IMG/VR virus record: IMGVR_UViG_3300009159_000038
Coordinates: 113,958-133,957 of that record
Origin: an uncultured virus (IMG/VR IMGVR_UViG_3300009159_000038)
Lineage: Duplodnaviria > Heunggongvirae > Uroviricota > Caudoviricetes
Direction: 5' to 3' (one strand)
DNA: 20,000 nt
Shown: positions 7,278 to 14,971 of the stretch, piece by piece
Layout: every line of letters starts with the position of its first letter
How positions within the stretch are numbered: position 1 is the stretch's first letter
Position numbers and translations under genes: made by a program
The notes under the pieces: model-generated
The model's database searches: none
The model's input: the letters and a program-made list of their open reading frames with translations, nothing else
Told to the model about the DNA's origin: nothing

Positions 7278-7508
7278 ATGGCAGAAACAAATTTTCATTC
7301 AACTCGTAGAGGATCTAAATTCTACGATTTCGATATTCCTAAATTAACTGAGCAATTAGAAAGAATTGCAAATGCATTAGAAGGAAAAAATAAAATCGAA
7401 GAAAAACGATTAATTCTAGAACAGAAAAAATTACTTAAAGAAACCAAAGATGCCAGAGTTACCGGAAGTAGCGAGGACAGCAACGAGTCTACACCAGAGA
7501 ATGTATAA
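7278..7508 (+). CDS. Hypothetical protein with coiled-coil
   Basis: 76 aa with an A-rich leader. The 3' end overlaps the fpg start by 59 nt. Confidence 0.6.
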   Translation: MAETNFHSTRRGSKFYDFDIPKLTEQLERIANALEGKNKIEEKRLILEQKKLLKETKDARVTGSSEDSNESTPENV

Positions 7509-8268
7509 TTCGGAAATTTCCGAAATTAACATTTTATCAGGTCGATATTCTCGACACGGAAAACCTCCAGGTTTCGATGAATTTACCAATAACCTTCCTA
7601 TGAAGGTAGACAAAGTTTCCTTTTCCGGGAAACTTTTGATTTTTTATTTAAAAGATAAAAATGACAAACCTTGGTTTATTTGGAATACATTAGGAATGTC
7701 TGGTGGATGGCGATTAGAACCATCTAAACATGGTCATGTTGAAGTAGTAACTGAAGATGGTAGATTTTATTTCACGGATCCTCGAAACTTTGGAACTATG
7801 CGTTTCACTGATTCTGAAGAACTTACTCGAAGAAAATCAAATGGAATTGGACCAAATCATCTTCAACATGAAATTACCGACGAATTATTTAAGACTCGTT
7901 TGATGAAATTTCCACATTTGACACTCCCGGCAGTTATGATGAATCAAAGTCTAATTGGTGGTATTGGAAATTATATTAAAGCAGAAGCTCTTTATCGAGC
8001 TCAACTTTCTCCTCATCGAATTGTTGAATCTTTAAATGACCGAGATTTTTCTCGTCTTAATGCTGCAGTTAAAGAAGTTATTGTTGGATCATATGAAAAT
8101 CGAGGTGCAACAATAAGAACATATGCTAATCTAGACGGAGAATCAGGAGATTTTCCATTCTTCTTTAAAGTCTATGGAAGAAACATTTGCGAAGCCGGCT
8201 ATGAGGTAATTACCGAAGGAACTCAAGATGGTAGAACAACACATTGGGTACCACAAATACAAATCTAA
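7450..8268 (+). CDS. mutM: Fpg/Nei family DNA glycosylase/AP lyase, zinc-less finger type
   Basis: N-terminal MPELPEV, GK, LGMSG, DPRNFG, H2TH motif GIGNYIKAEALY, and C-terminal GRTTHWVP lacking the four Cys. Confidence 0.9.
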   Translation: MPELPEVARTATSLHQRMYNSEISEINILSGRYSRHGKPPGFDEFTNNLPMKVDKVSFSGKLLIFYLKDKNDKPWFIWNTLGMSGGWRLEPSKHGHVEVVTEDGRFYFTDPRNFGTMRFTDSEELTRRKSNGIGPNHLQHEITDELFKTRLMKFPHLTLPAVMMNQSLIGGIGNYIKAEALYRAQLSPHRIVESLNDRDFSRLNAAVKEVIVGSYENRGATIRTYANLDGESGDFPFFFKVYGRNICEAGYEVITEGTQDGRTTHWVPQIQI

Positions 8269-8281
8269 TCATATAATTATT

Positions 8282-8695
8282 ATGGAACTATTCGATCTTG
8301 TCAGAATTATGTTTTCTGATCAAAAGAAATATGCAAAGCTATCTTATCATGAAAAGTCTAAAAACTTCTTTATGATTCAAAGATTCATGTCTATTAAATA
8401 CCCAACAACTGCTCAATCACTTAATCGTGTAGGTGCTAATCCCGGTGCCATCATTGATCTATGGCAATTAGTTGCTTCTCGTTTTAGTAAAGTTCCAGGA
8501 TGGATATATACTAAGACGAAAAAAGTATCTACTACAACAGAAAAACGTTGGAAACCTGATCCAGAAATTGCAACTATTTGGATGCAAAGAAATTCAGTAG
8601 GTCCAAGAGAACTAGATGAATGTATCAAATACCGTCCAGAGGAAATGAAAAAACTTTTCAAATCCCTAGAAAAACAGATTGGAATGTATGAATGA
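8282..8695 (+). CDS. Hypothetical protein, possibly T4 gp62-like clamp loader small subunit
   Basis: NFFMIQRFMS and a later W..K-rich segment resemble gp62-like proteins, and the size fits. ATG 8282 avoids overlap with fpg. Confidence 0.4.
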   Translation: MELFDLVRIMFSDQKKYAKLSYHEKSKNFFMIQRFMSIKYPTTAQSLNRVGANPGAIIDLWQLVASRFSKVPGWIYTKTKKVSTTTEKRWKPDPEIATIWMQRNSVGPRELDECIKYRPEEMKKLFKSLEKQIGMYE

Positions 8696-9341
8696 TTACA
8701 TATCACCATTAGTACAACCTTTAATTCTCGAAGTATTTCTCTATCAAAACAATTATAAAGATCGTTTATTGGTATCTGAGTTACGAAAGAAGACTAATAT
8801 TATTCAAAATGGCGAAGATGAGAATTCTTTCTTTGTTAAAGCAGATGATGTTTTTTTCGTGATTAGCTCAAAATTTGCCAAAGATCTAGATACATTCAGA
8901 AATTCATCGGATAAAACTATTTTTAAAAATGCCACTTCGATTTACTTTCTAGATACAATTCTAGAAAGGTTTCAATCTATAAAGTACTTCAAAATTAATG
9001 TATCTCAATCTACCAATTTTACTAGAGAGAAAGAAAACGTCATTAATTTTGATTATCGAATAGCTCATTCTCGAGTAGATCTTACTTCTGAATTTGATGG
9101 CGTAGATCTATTTCTATTGGAGTGTATTTTGCGAGATATTAAAATTTTCGAATATGATATTCTTCAACCGAAGGCTTATACCGAGATAAATGCACACGAT
9201 CTAATTGATAAACTATCCATCTATCTTACCGGCATAGAAGAGAGTAGCGAAGAATTCGAAATTATCCAAAGAATTCTTATGATTATTGGTCCAAAACTCG
9301 AACAGGACAATTCAATTATACTTCTAATTATTAAGAAGTAG
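8688..9341 (+). CDS. Hypothetical protein
   Basis: About 217 aa. ATG 8688 overlaps the end of the upstream gene. Confidence 0.7.
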   Translation: MNDYISPLVQPLILEVFLYQNNYKDRLLVSELRKKTNIIQNGEDENSFFVKADDVFFVISSKFAKDLDTFRNSSDKTIFKNATSIYFLDTILERFQSIKYFKINVSQSTNFTREKENVINFDYRIAHSRVDLTSEFDGVDLFLLECILRDIKIFEYDILQPKAYTEINAHDLIDKLSIYLTGIEESSEEFEIIQRILMIIGPKLEQDNSIILLIIKK

Positions 9342-9344
9342 TTT

Positions 9345-9354
9345 GAATATATAA
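9345..9354 (+). promoter_or_regulatory. Putative late promoter (GAATATATAA)
   Basis: Variant of the GATATATA/GATAAATA motif, located at the start of the structural module. Confidence 0.45.
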
Positions 9355-9372
9355 AAAAAACATTCCGAAATA

Positions 9373-9774
9373 ATGTCAGGAACTGGTCCAACTATAGATA
9401 AACGATTCGAAGAAATCTTACTAGCAATACAAACCATTCAAGCTAAATTACCAAATGGCGAGCTTGAGAGTATGAAATCGATGATTGCATCTATGCAGAA
9501 CGATCAAAAAGTAATTAAAGAAGACTTAGAATATTTCAAAAAACGTCTGTTTAATCCAGATGATGGAGTTATTGTAAGAATCAACAAAAATACCGACTCT
9601 ATTGAAAGATTCGGAAAGGAAATTGAGGACATCGTTGATGATTATCCTAGAGTACTTTCTAGATTAGAATCTCTTGAATCTTGGAGAGATGGAGTAAATA
9701 AAGCACTTTGGATAATATACACATCTATTATAGGTTTAATTCTTACTGCAGTTTTCGGCATTATTTTAAAATAA
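9373..9774 (+). CDS. Coiled-coil protein with C-terminal transmembrane helix
   Basis: Heptad-like helices and a terminal hydrophobic segment ALWIIYTSIIGLILTAVFGIIL. Confidence 0.7.
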   Translation: MSGTGPTIDKRFEEILLAIQTIQAKLPNGELESMKSMIASMQNDQKVIKEDLEYFKKRLFNPDDGVIVRINKNTDSIERFGKEIEDIVDDYPRVLSRLESLESWRDGVNKALWIIYTSIIGLILTAVFGIILK

Positions 9775-9783
9775 CCAAACTTA

Positions 9784-11613
9784 ATGAGATTTGTACTTGA
9801 TATATCTGCAAACAATAACACTTACAAGGCTAATGATTCTTTGGTTGTTAAATTTTCAGATTCTTTTAAATTAATTGGATCTATACAATCAATTAACTTT
9901 GATTTTGCTCCACTAGATACTGCATCAAATGGACACGATATTTCTATTCGTTGGTCGTATGACGGTATGGTATGGTCAGCATGGGAAGATTGGATAATCA
10001 AAACAGCAGCTGTTGCAAATCAACAAGATCTAATTAGTAAAATTATCACCAATCACGATTCATTCTTTTTAGAATTTCGTTTAGTTAGATATGGTACAGA
10101 TGTAGGAACTAGAACTCTTACATTAGCGGCAATGGAATTCGAGAGCAAATCTGCTCCTGAACAAATGGTTGAATCGCCATTTGGAAATACATCATGTTAT
10201 GCACAATGTTCTCCATCACAAAACTTCTATACCGGAGTAAGAATTGATTGTGATCCAAGACTTCTATTTCAACCTTACAATTTAATGAATCCGGCAATAA
10301 ACTTCTATCGAGAAGCTTCGAATGCCGTATCTGAAATGTTTGGTCATTGTGTTCGTTATTTCAAAACTCAAGCAGATGTTGCTTCAGCTGATGCGGTACT
10401 TAAAGAATATTCATTATTCAATGTGACTGATGTTAAAGACATCAAAATCATGGTTCCGGATAATACATTCCCAGATAATGCTATTGCATTCTTTCCTTAT
10501 GATATGGATTTTGGAGAAGGTCTAGAGATACACATAGTAAGAGATCATTTCGAAAGAGCATTCGGTGTAGATGATTTACCTGAACAAAAAGATTATTTAT
10601 ACTTTCCTCTCATAGATCGTATGTTCGAAGTTCATTCAGCATATCTTTATAGAGATTTTATGATGTCTCAAGTTTATTACAAAGTGATGCTATACAAATG
10701 GCAAGATAAGCTAAATGTAATGAGAGATATCAAAGAAATCAATGATTATGTAGATAATTTAACTGAGAATTTTGATGAAGTTCTACAACCAGAGGTGGAT
10801 AAAGAATTTTTACAAATAACGAAACCAGATCAATATGTAACTTCATCCATGAATAATATCGGTGGATATGATAATGTTAGATCTCTTATTAATACAGATA
10901 TTCAAATAAAGACTTATGATCTAAACAATTACTTTACAATAGTAGGTAAGTATTTTTACGAATTGAATACCGGAATAAAACAAAATGATTTAGCGGTGAA
11001 ATATAAATTGTTAGTAAATAGATCACAAAGTGAACATACTGCATTTTCTGCATGGTTCAAACCTTTAAAGTCTAATTGGACAACGCAAACAAATACATAC
11101 GATACAATAATCAATGGATATAATACTGCAGAATCCAAAGGTTATCGAATCAATCTTCTTTATAGTAATGTAAATAATACAGTTGTTACTAGTGGAATAG
11201 AAGTTAAAATAAATGGACAAACTTTACAATTCAATCAAGATTTTCCTCAATTAAATAGAGACGAATGGTATGCAATCGTATTTAATCAGCTAAACGATTT
11301 TTCACAGGCATCAATTCATATTTGGAAAATGAAATGGACAGGGGCACCAAACACACAAAAGACAACCGATCTTCAATTAGTATACACTCAAAACGTTTCA
11401 ATTATTGCAGAAGAAGTCAAACCAACTGCAACTAATTTTACTTTAGTCGGTGGAACTTTAGGAATAACAAATGTAAGAATTTGGAAAGAATCTATTGAAG
11501 AAGAAAAACAACCATTGGTTCTTAATCAATATGTAGTAAGAGATTCTCATTTATCTTTAGCTACAGACAATGCTATACCACCTTTACGATTAGTTAAAGA
11601 ATATGTTAGATAA
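9784..11613 (+). CDS. T4 gp14-like neck/head-closure protein with extra N-terminal and LamG-like C-terminal domains
   Basis: Central FGHCVRYF...PEQKDYLYFPLIDRMFEV...YYKVML resembles the gp14 P.EGDLIYFP...FEI motif. C-terminal FSAWFKP...DEWYAIV...TNVRIW is ConA/LamG-like. Position is upstream of TerS/TerL. Confidence 0.6.
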   Translation: MRFVLDISANNNTYKANDSLVVKFSDSFKLIGSIQSINFDFAPLDTASNGHDISIRWSYDGMVWSAWEDWIIKTAAVANQQDLISKIITNHDSFFLEFRLVRYGTDVGTRTLTLAAMEFESKSAPEQMVESPFGNTSCYAQCSPSQNFYTGVRIDCDPRLLFQPYNLMNPAINFYREASNAVSEMFGHCVRYFKTQADVASADAVLKEYSLFNVTDVKDIKIMVPDNTFPDNAIAFFPYDMDFGEGLEIHIVRDHFERAFGVDDLPEQKDYLYFPLIDRMFEVHSAYLYRDFMMSQVYYKVMLYKWQDKLNVMRDIKEINDYVDNLTENFDEVLQPEVDKEFLQITKPDQYVTSSMNNIGGYDNVRSLINTDIQIKTYDLNNYFTIVGKYFYELNTGIKQNDLAVKYKLLVNRSQSEHTAFSAWFKPLKSNWTTQTNTYDTIINGYNTAESKGYRINLLYSNVNNTVVTSGIEVKINGQTLQFNQDFPQLNRDEWYAIVFNQLNDFSQASIHIWKMKWTGAPNTQKTTDLQLVYTQNVSIIAEEVKPTATNFTLVGGTLGITNVRIWKESIEEEKQPLVLNQYVVRDSHLSLATDNAIPPLRLVKEYVR

Positions 11614-11815
11614 TGGGAGAATGAAGGAGATTAACCTAACTAGTAACTACTAGTACTGCCTGAAGAACTATATTATTTCCTCGATCACCTTAGATAAAGG
11701 TTATATGTTATTTTGAAGTAGTCAGATTCAGTACCATCGTTGATTCATTTACACATTTCCTGCAAATAATAATAAAACCTAAGAGATGCTAATTTATGCA
11801 TCCAATAAATAAATT

Positions 11816-12445
11816 ATGGAAGATAAAAACGATTCAGTAAGAAAATCTATAGATGATTTATTAGCAGAAGATCAACAATCAAATTCTTTGTCTACTACAT
11901 CAGGTGGAGGTTTACCTGCATTTCAAGTAACAGATCCTTTAGATTATGATGGAGAAAAAGATATAGCACAGAATAAGGCCAAGAAATTAATGAATTCTCT
12001 TTTGAAATTCTACCTATCACAGGAGATAATTCAAAAGAATGAATATATTACTCTCAAAGCTAAAATTGATGTAATGACAATGAGTAACTTAATGTTTCAG
12101 ATGAGAACTGCTGAACATGCAATAGTTACTTTGTTAAGATCTATTGATGCCGGTGAAGCTTCACCTCGTATGTTTGAAGTTCTTGGTGGACTTCAGAAAA
12201 CGATGTTAGATATTATGAAACATCAAACCCTTCATATGATGGCTGCGGAGGAGAACATGAAAAAACTTAAACGTGATATTGATATCTATGGAGATTCAAT
12301 TGATATTACACCAAAAGACACAAAACCTCAGATTGCATCTGTTAATAGAGGAACTAGAAATCTAATGAGAGATATTCAATCAGAAATCAACGGAGAAGAA
12401 ATTGAAGAAACTGATTTCGATTCCCAAAATCAAGAAGATATGTAA
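11816..12445 (+). CDS. Terminase small subunit (T4 gp16-like)
   Basis: ASPRMFEVLGGLQKTMLDI resembles the gp16 SPR.EV motif. Helical protein lying upstream of TerL. Confidence 0.7.
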   Translation: MEDKNDSVRKSIDDLLAEDQQSNSLSTTSGGGLPAFQVTDPLDYDGEKDIAQNKAKKLMNSLLKFYLSQEIIQKNEYITLKAKIDVMTMSNLMFQMRTAEHAIVTLLRSIDAGEASPRMFEVLGGLQKTMLDIMKHQTLHMMAAEENMKKLKRDIDIYGDSIDITPKDTKPQIASVNRGTRNLMRDIQSEINGEEIEETDFDSQNQEDM

Positions 12446-13123
12446 ATGATTAATCCAATTAAAGGTACTTTTAAAACCTTTCATAATTTCATTAAAATTA
12501 TAGGTCATAACGATAAAGAGTTAGATCCTAAACAATTTACTCGAATTGATACAGAAGAGAAGGTTCTTTATCTAACGTTTGATACCTGTCCAACTAATGG
12601 AGTAGACTTCGATACCGTAAATTGGTTAATGGAAAATAAAATACCAGCAACCATATTTCTAAATATTGAATGGTATAAAACAAACAAATCGAAAGATCTG
12701 TCATTCTTAAAATCCTCACAATTTGAAATTGGTGGTCATGGATATAATCATAAACGTCCATTTAGACAAGATCTTCGAGAACAAACATATGATATTGATT
12801 CTTGTGTAAACTTCATTGATAGTGAATTAAAACGAGAAGTAAAATGGTATCGTTGTCCTTATGGAAAACCTAATGAAGATACCTTTAATATATTAGAACC
12901 TTTAGGTATTAGATACGCATCATGGGCTGGTCATGTATTTGACAAGAGTGTACCTGATTTAGCAAATCCAAATAAAGTTGCATTATCATATCTAGCTCAA
13001 AATACTCGTCCTGGAGATATTTTGTTATTTCACATCAATGGTGAAGGAATTAATACATTAGAGATTTTAAAGATTGCTCATACATGGGCAATCGATCAAG
13101 GATATTCCTTCAAAACGCTATAA
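12446..13123 (+). CDS. Polysaccharide deacetylase (CE4/NodB domain)
   Basis: LYLTFDT, ATIFL, IGGHGYNH, YRCPYG and GDILLFH correspond to the CE4 motifs. Confidence 0.85.
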   Translation: MINPIKGTFKTFHNFIKIIGHNDKELDPKQFTRIDTEEKVLYLTFDTCPTNGVDFDTVNWLMENKIPATIFLNIEWYKTNKSKDLSFLKSSQFEIGGHGYNHKRPFRQDLREQTYDIDSCVNFIDSELKREVKWYRCPYGKPNEDTFNILEPLGIRYASWAGHVFDKSVPDLANPNKVALSYLAQNTRPGDILLFHINGEGINTLEILKIAHTWAIDQGYSFKTL

Positions 13124-13126
13124 TTT

Positions 13127-14917
13127 ATGTTTAAAGTAAAAGAATATAAAGAGGAAAATTCAGAAGATAACAAAGTAATTTGGACATCTGCAAAAGTTGA
13201 AAAACTTCTTGTGGCAATGGAAGAAGGATATGCTACGGTTGACCATCCATTTTATGAAGGTGATCCTAGTTATCGAAAAGGAAATATTGTATTTGAATAT
13301 AGTGATTGGGAATATGAAGAGATAAAGAAATGTGCTAAGGATATCATTCACTTTGCCAATCATTATTGTACGGTAATGACAGATGAAGGTTACATGAAAA
13401 TCGAACTTCGTCCATATCAAGAAGATGTACTTCGATCATATCAAGCAAATCGTTGGAATATCTTTATGGCATCTCGTCAAATAGGTAAAACTATTACATC
13501 TTCTATATTTTTAACATGGTATCTTCTATTTCACTTTGATAAAAATGTACTCCTTATGTCTAATAAAGGAGCAACCACTAAAGAGATTATGGATAAGATC
13601 AAAGCAATCGTTGAAGGTCTTCCATTCTTCTTAAAACCTGGTGTTAATAAGAAAGACGTTATGACAATGATATTCGATAATAAATGTCGTATCATTGGTC
13701 AGAATACTACAAAAACCGGTGGTATTGGATTTACCATCCATTTGCTATTTATAGATGAGTTTGCTCACATTCCAGAAGGAATTAAGAGAACCTTCTATGA
13801 AAACGTATATCCAACTTTATCATCATCCAAAATATCCAGGGTTATAATCACAAGTACACCTAATGGATTTGATCTATTTCATGATTTATATTCATCTGCT
13901 ATGGATGGATCTAATGAGTATAAAGCAATGAGAGTTGATTGGTGGCAAGTTCCAGGTAGAGATGAAGAATGGAAAGAACGAGAGATAGCAAATTTAGGTT
14001 CGTTAGAAGCTTTTAATCAACAATATGGTTGCCAATTTCTTTCATCTTCTAATTTACTTCTTTCATCCGATGAATTAAAAAGACTTAAGCGAGATGAAGC
14101 AGAATATATCTTTCAGGAATTTGATGCTTTAGATGATTTAGGTTTGGATTATTCTCAGCTTAAATGGCATCCTGATTTTGATATATTAGATATCGACGAT
14201 CCAAATAAATTCTTCATATTTGCCATTGATTTGGCTGAAGGAATAGGACGAGATCATTCTATCATAAATATATTTGAACTTGATTCGTTAACGTATGAAG
14301 ATATTGAAAAATTAGAATCGCCAGGAGGAATAACGGATTTCTTTTCATTAAGACAAGTTGGTTTATTTAGATCTAATATACATCCAATAGAAAGTTTTGC
14401 AAAAATTCTTTATACGATGTCTGTGAAAATTTTTGATCAGGAAAATCTACGACATGTAATTGAATATAATGTTTATGGTGCTGAGTTAATGAAAAACTTA
14501 ATTACGTTATATCCATCATCCAATGATTTTGATGAGGATTGTGTAGTTAGGTATCATCATAGAGTCGGTGCTAAAGTTAAACAACCCGGACTTAGATTAA
14601 ATAAAGATTTGAAGAAAATTTATTGTGAAAAGATGAAAGCTTTGATAATGTCTGGAAAAATTCAATTAAACGAGAGACAATCTATACAAGAGGCTTCTAT
14701 GTTTTCTAGAAATCCTTCTGGAACATATTCAGCTCAAACTGGCCATGATGATATTATTATGTCGGCGGTTTCTGTATCTTCTTTCTTCGATACTTTAGAT
14801 TTTGCAGACATCGTAGAAGAGTATTTCGAATTCCTCGATGGTGAGAAAGTCGCTAAAATAGAACAGATCCTAGATGAACTAGGAGACGATACAGGGGAAA
14901 TATATGATATTTTTTAG
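13127..14917 (+). CDS. terL: Terminase large subunit (T4 gp17-like)
   Basis: LRPYQ, Walker A SRQIGKT, Walker B LLFIDEFAH, STPNG, and nuclease motifs IDLAEGIGRDHS and HDDIIMS. Confidence 0.95.
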   Translation: MFKVKEYKEENSEDNKVIWTSAKVEKLLVAMEEGYATVDHPFYEGDPSYRKGNIVFEYSDWEYEEIKKCAKDIIHFANHYCTVMTDEGYMKIELRPYQEDVLRSYQANRWNIFMASRQIGKTITSSIFLTWYLLFHFDKNVLLMSNKGATTKEIMDKIKAIVEGLPFFLKPGVNKKDVMTMIFDNKCRIIGQNTTKTGGIGFTIHLLFIDEFAHIPEGIKRTFYENVYPTLSSSKISRVIITSTPNGFDLFHDLYSSAMDGSNEYKAMRVDWWQVPGRDEEWKEREIANLGSLEAFNQQYGCQFLSSSNLLLSSDELKRLKRDEAEYIFQEFDALDDLGLDYSQLKWHPDFDILDIDDPNKFFIFAIDLAEGIGRDHSIINIFELDSLTYEDIEKLESPGGITDFFSLRQVGLFRSNIHPIESFAKILYTMSVKIFDQENLRHVIEYNVYGAELMKNLITLYPSSNDFDEDCVVRYHHRVGAKVKQPGLRLNKDLKKIYCEKMKALIMSGKIQLNERQSIQEASMFSRNPSGTYSAQTGHDDIIMSAVSVSSFFDTLDFADIVEEYFEFLDGEKVAKIEQILDELGDDTGEIYDIF

Positions 14918-14943
14918 TCATCTATCACATATCAGAAAAACCC

Positions 14944-14957
14944 AGATATATAATTAA
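14944..14957 (+). promoter_or_regulatory. Putative late promoter (GATATATAA)
   Basis: Intergenic position before the sheath gene, and an identical 14-mer occurs at 219-232. Confidence 0.55.
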
Positions 14958-14971
14958 AAAATTAAAGACCC

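Noticed and set aside
11621..11716. Short frame interrupted by TAG, suggesting stop-codon recoding
   Set aside because: All conserved genes are full length in the standard code, and TAG ends terL and the 8688 gene at plausible positions.
11660..11725. CTGAAGA matches the hammerhead ribozyme core CUGANGA
   Set aside because: There is no downstream GAAA closing a stem II (only GAAG) and no consistent stem I/III with an NUH cleavage site.
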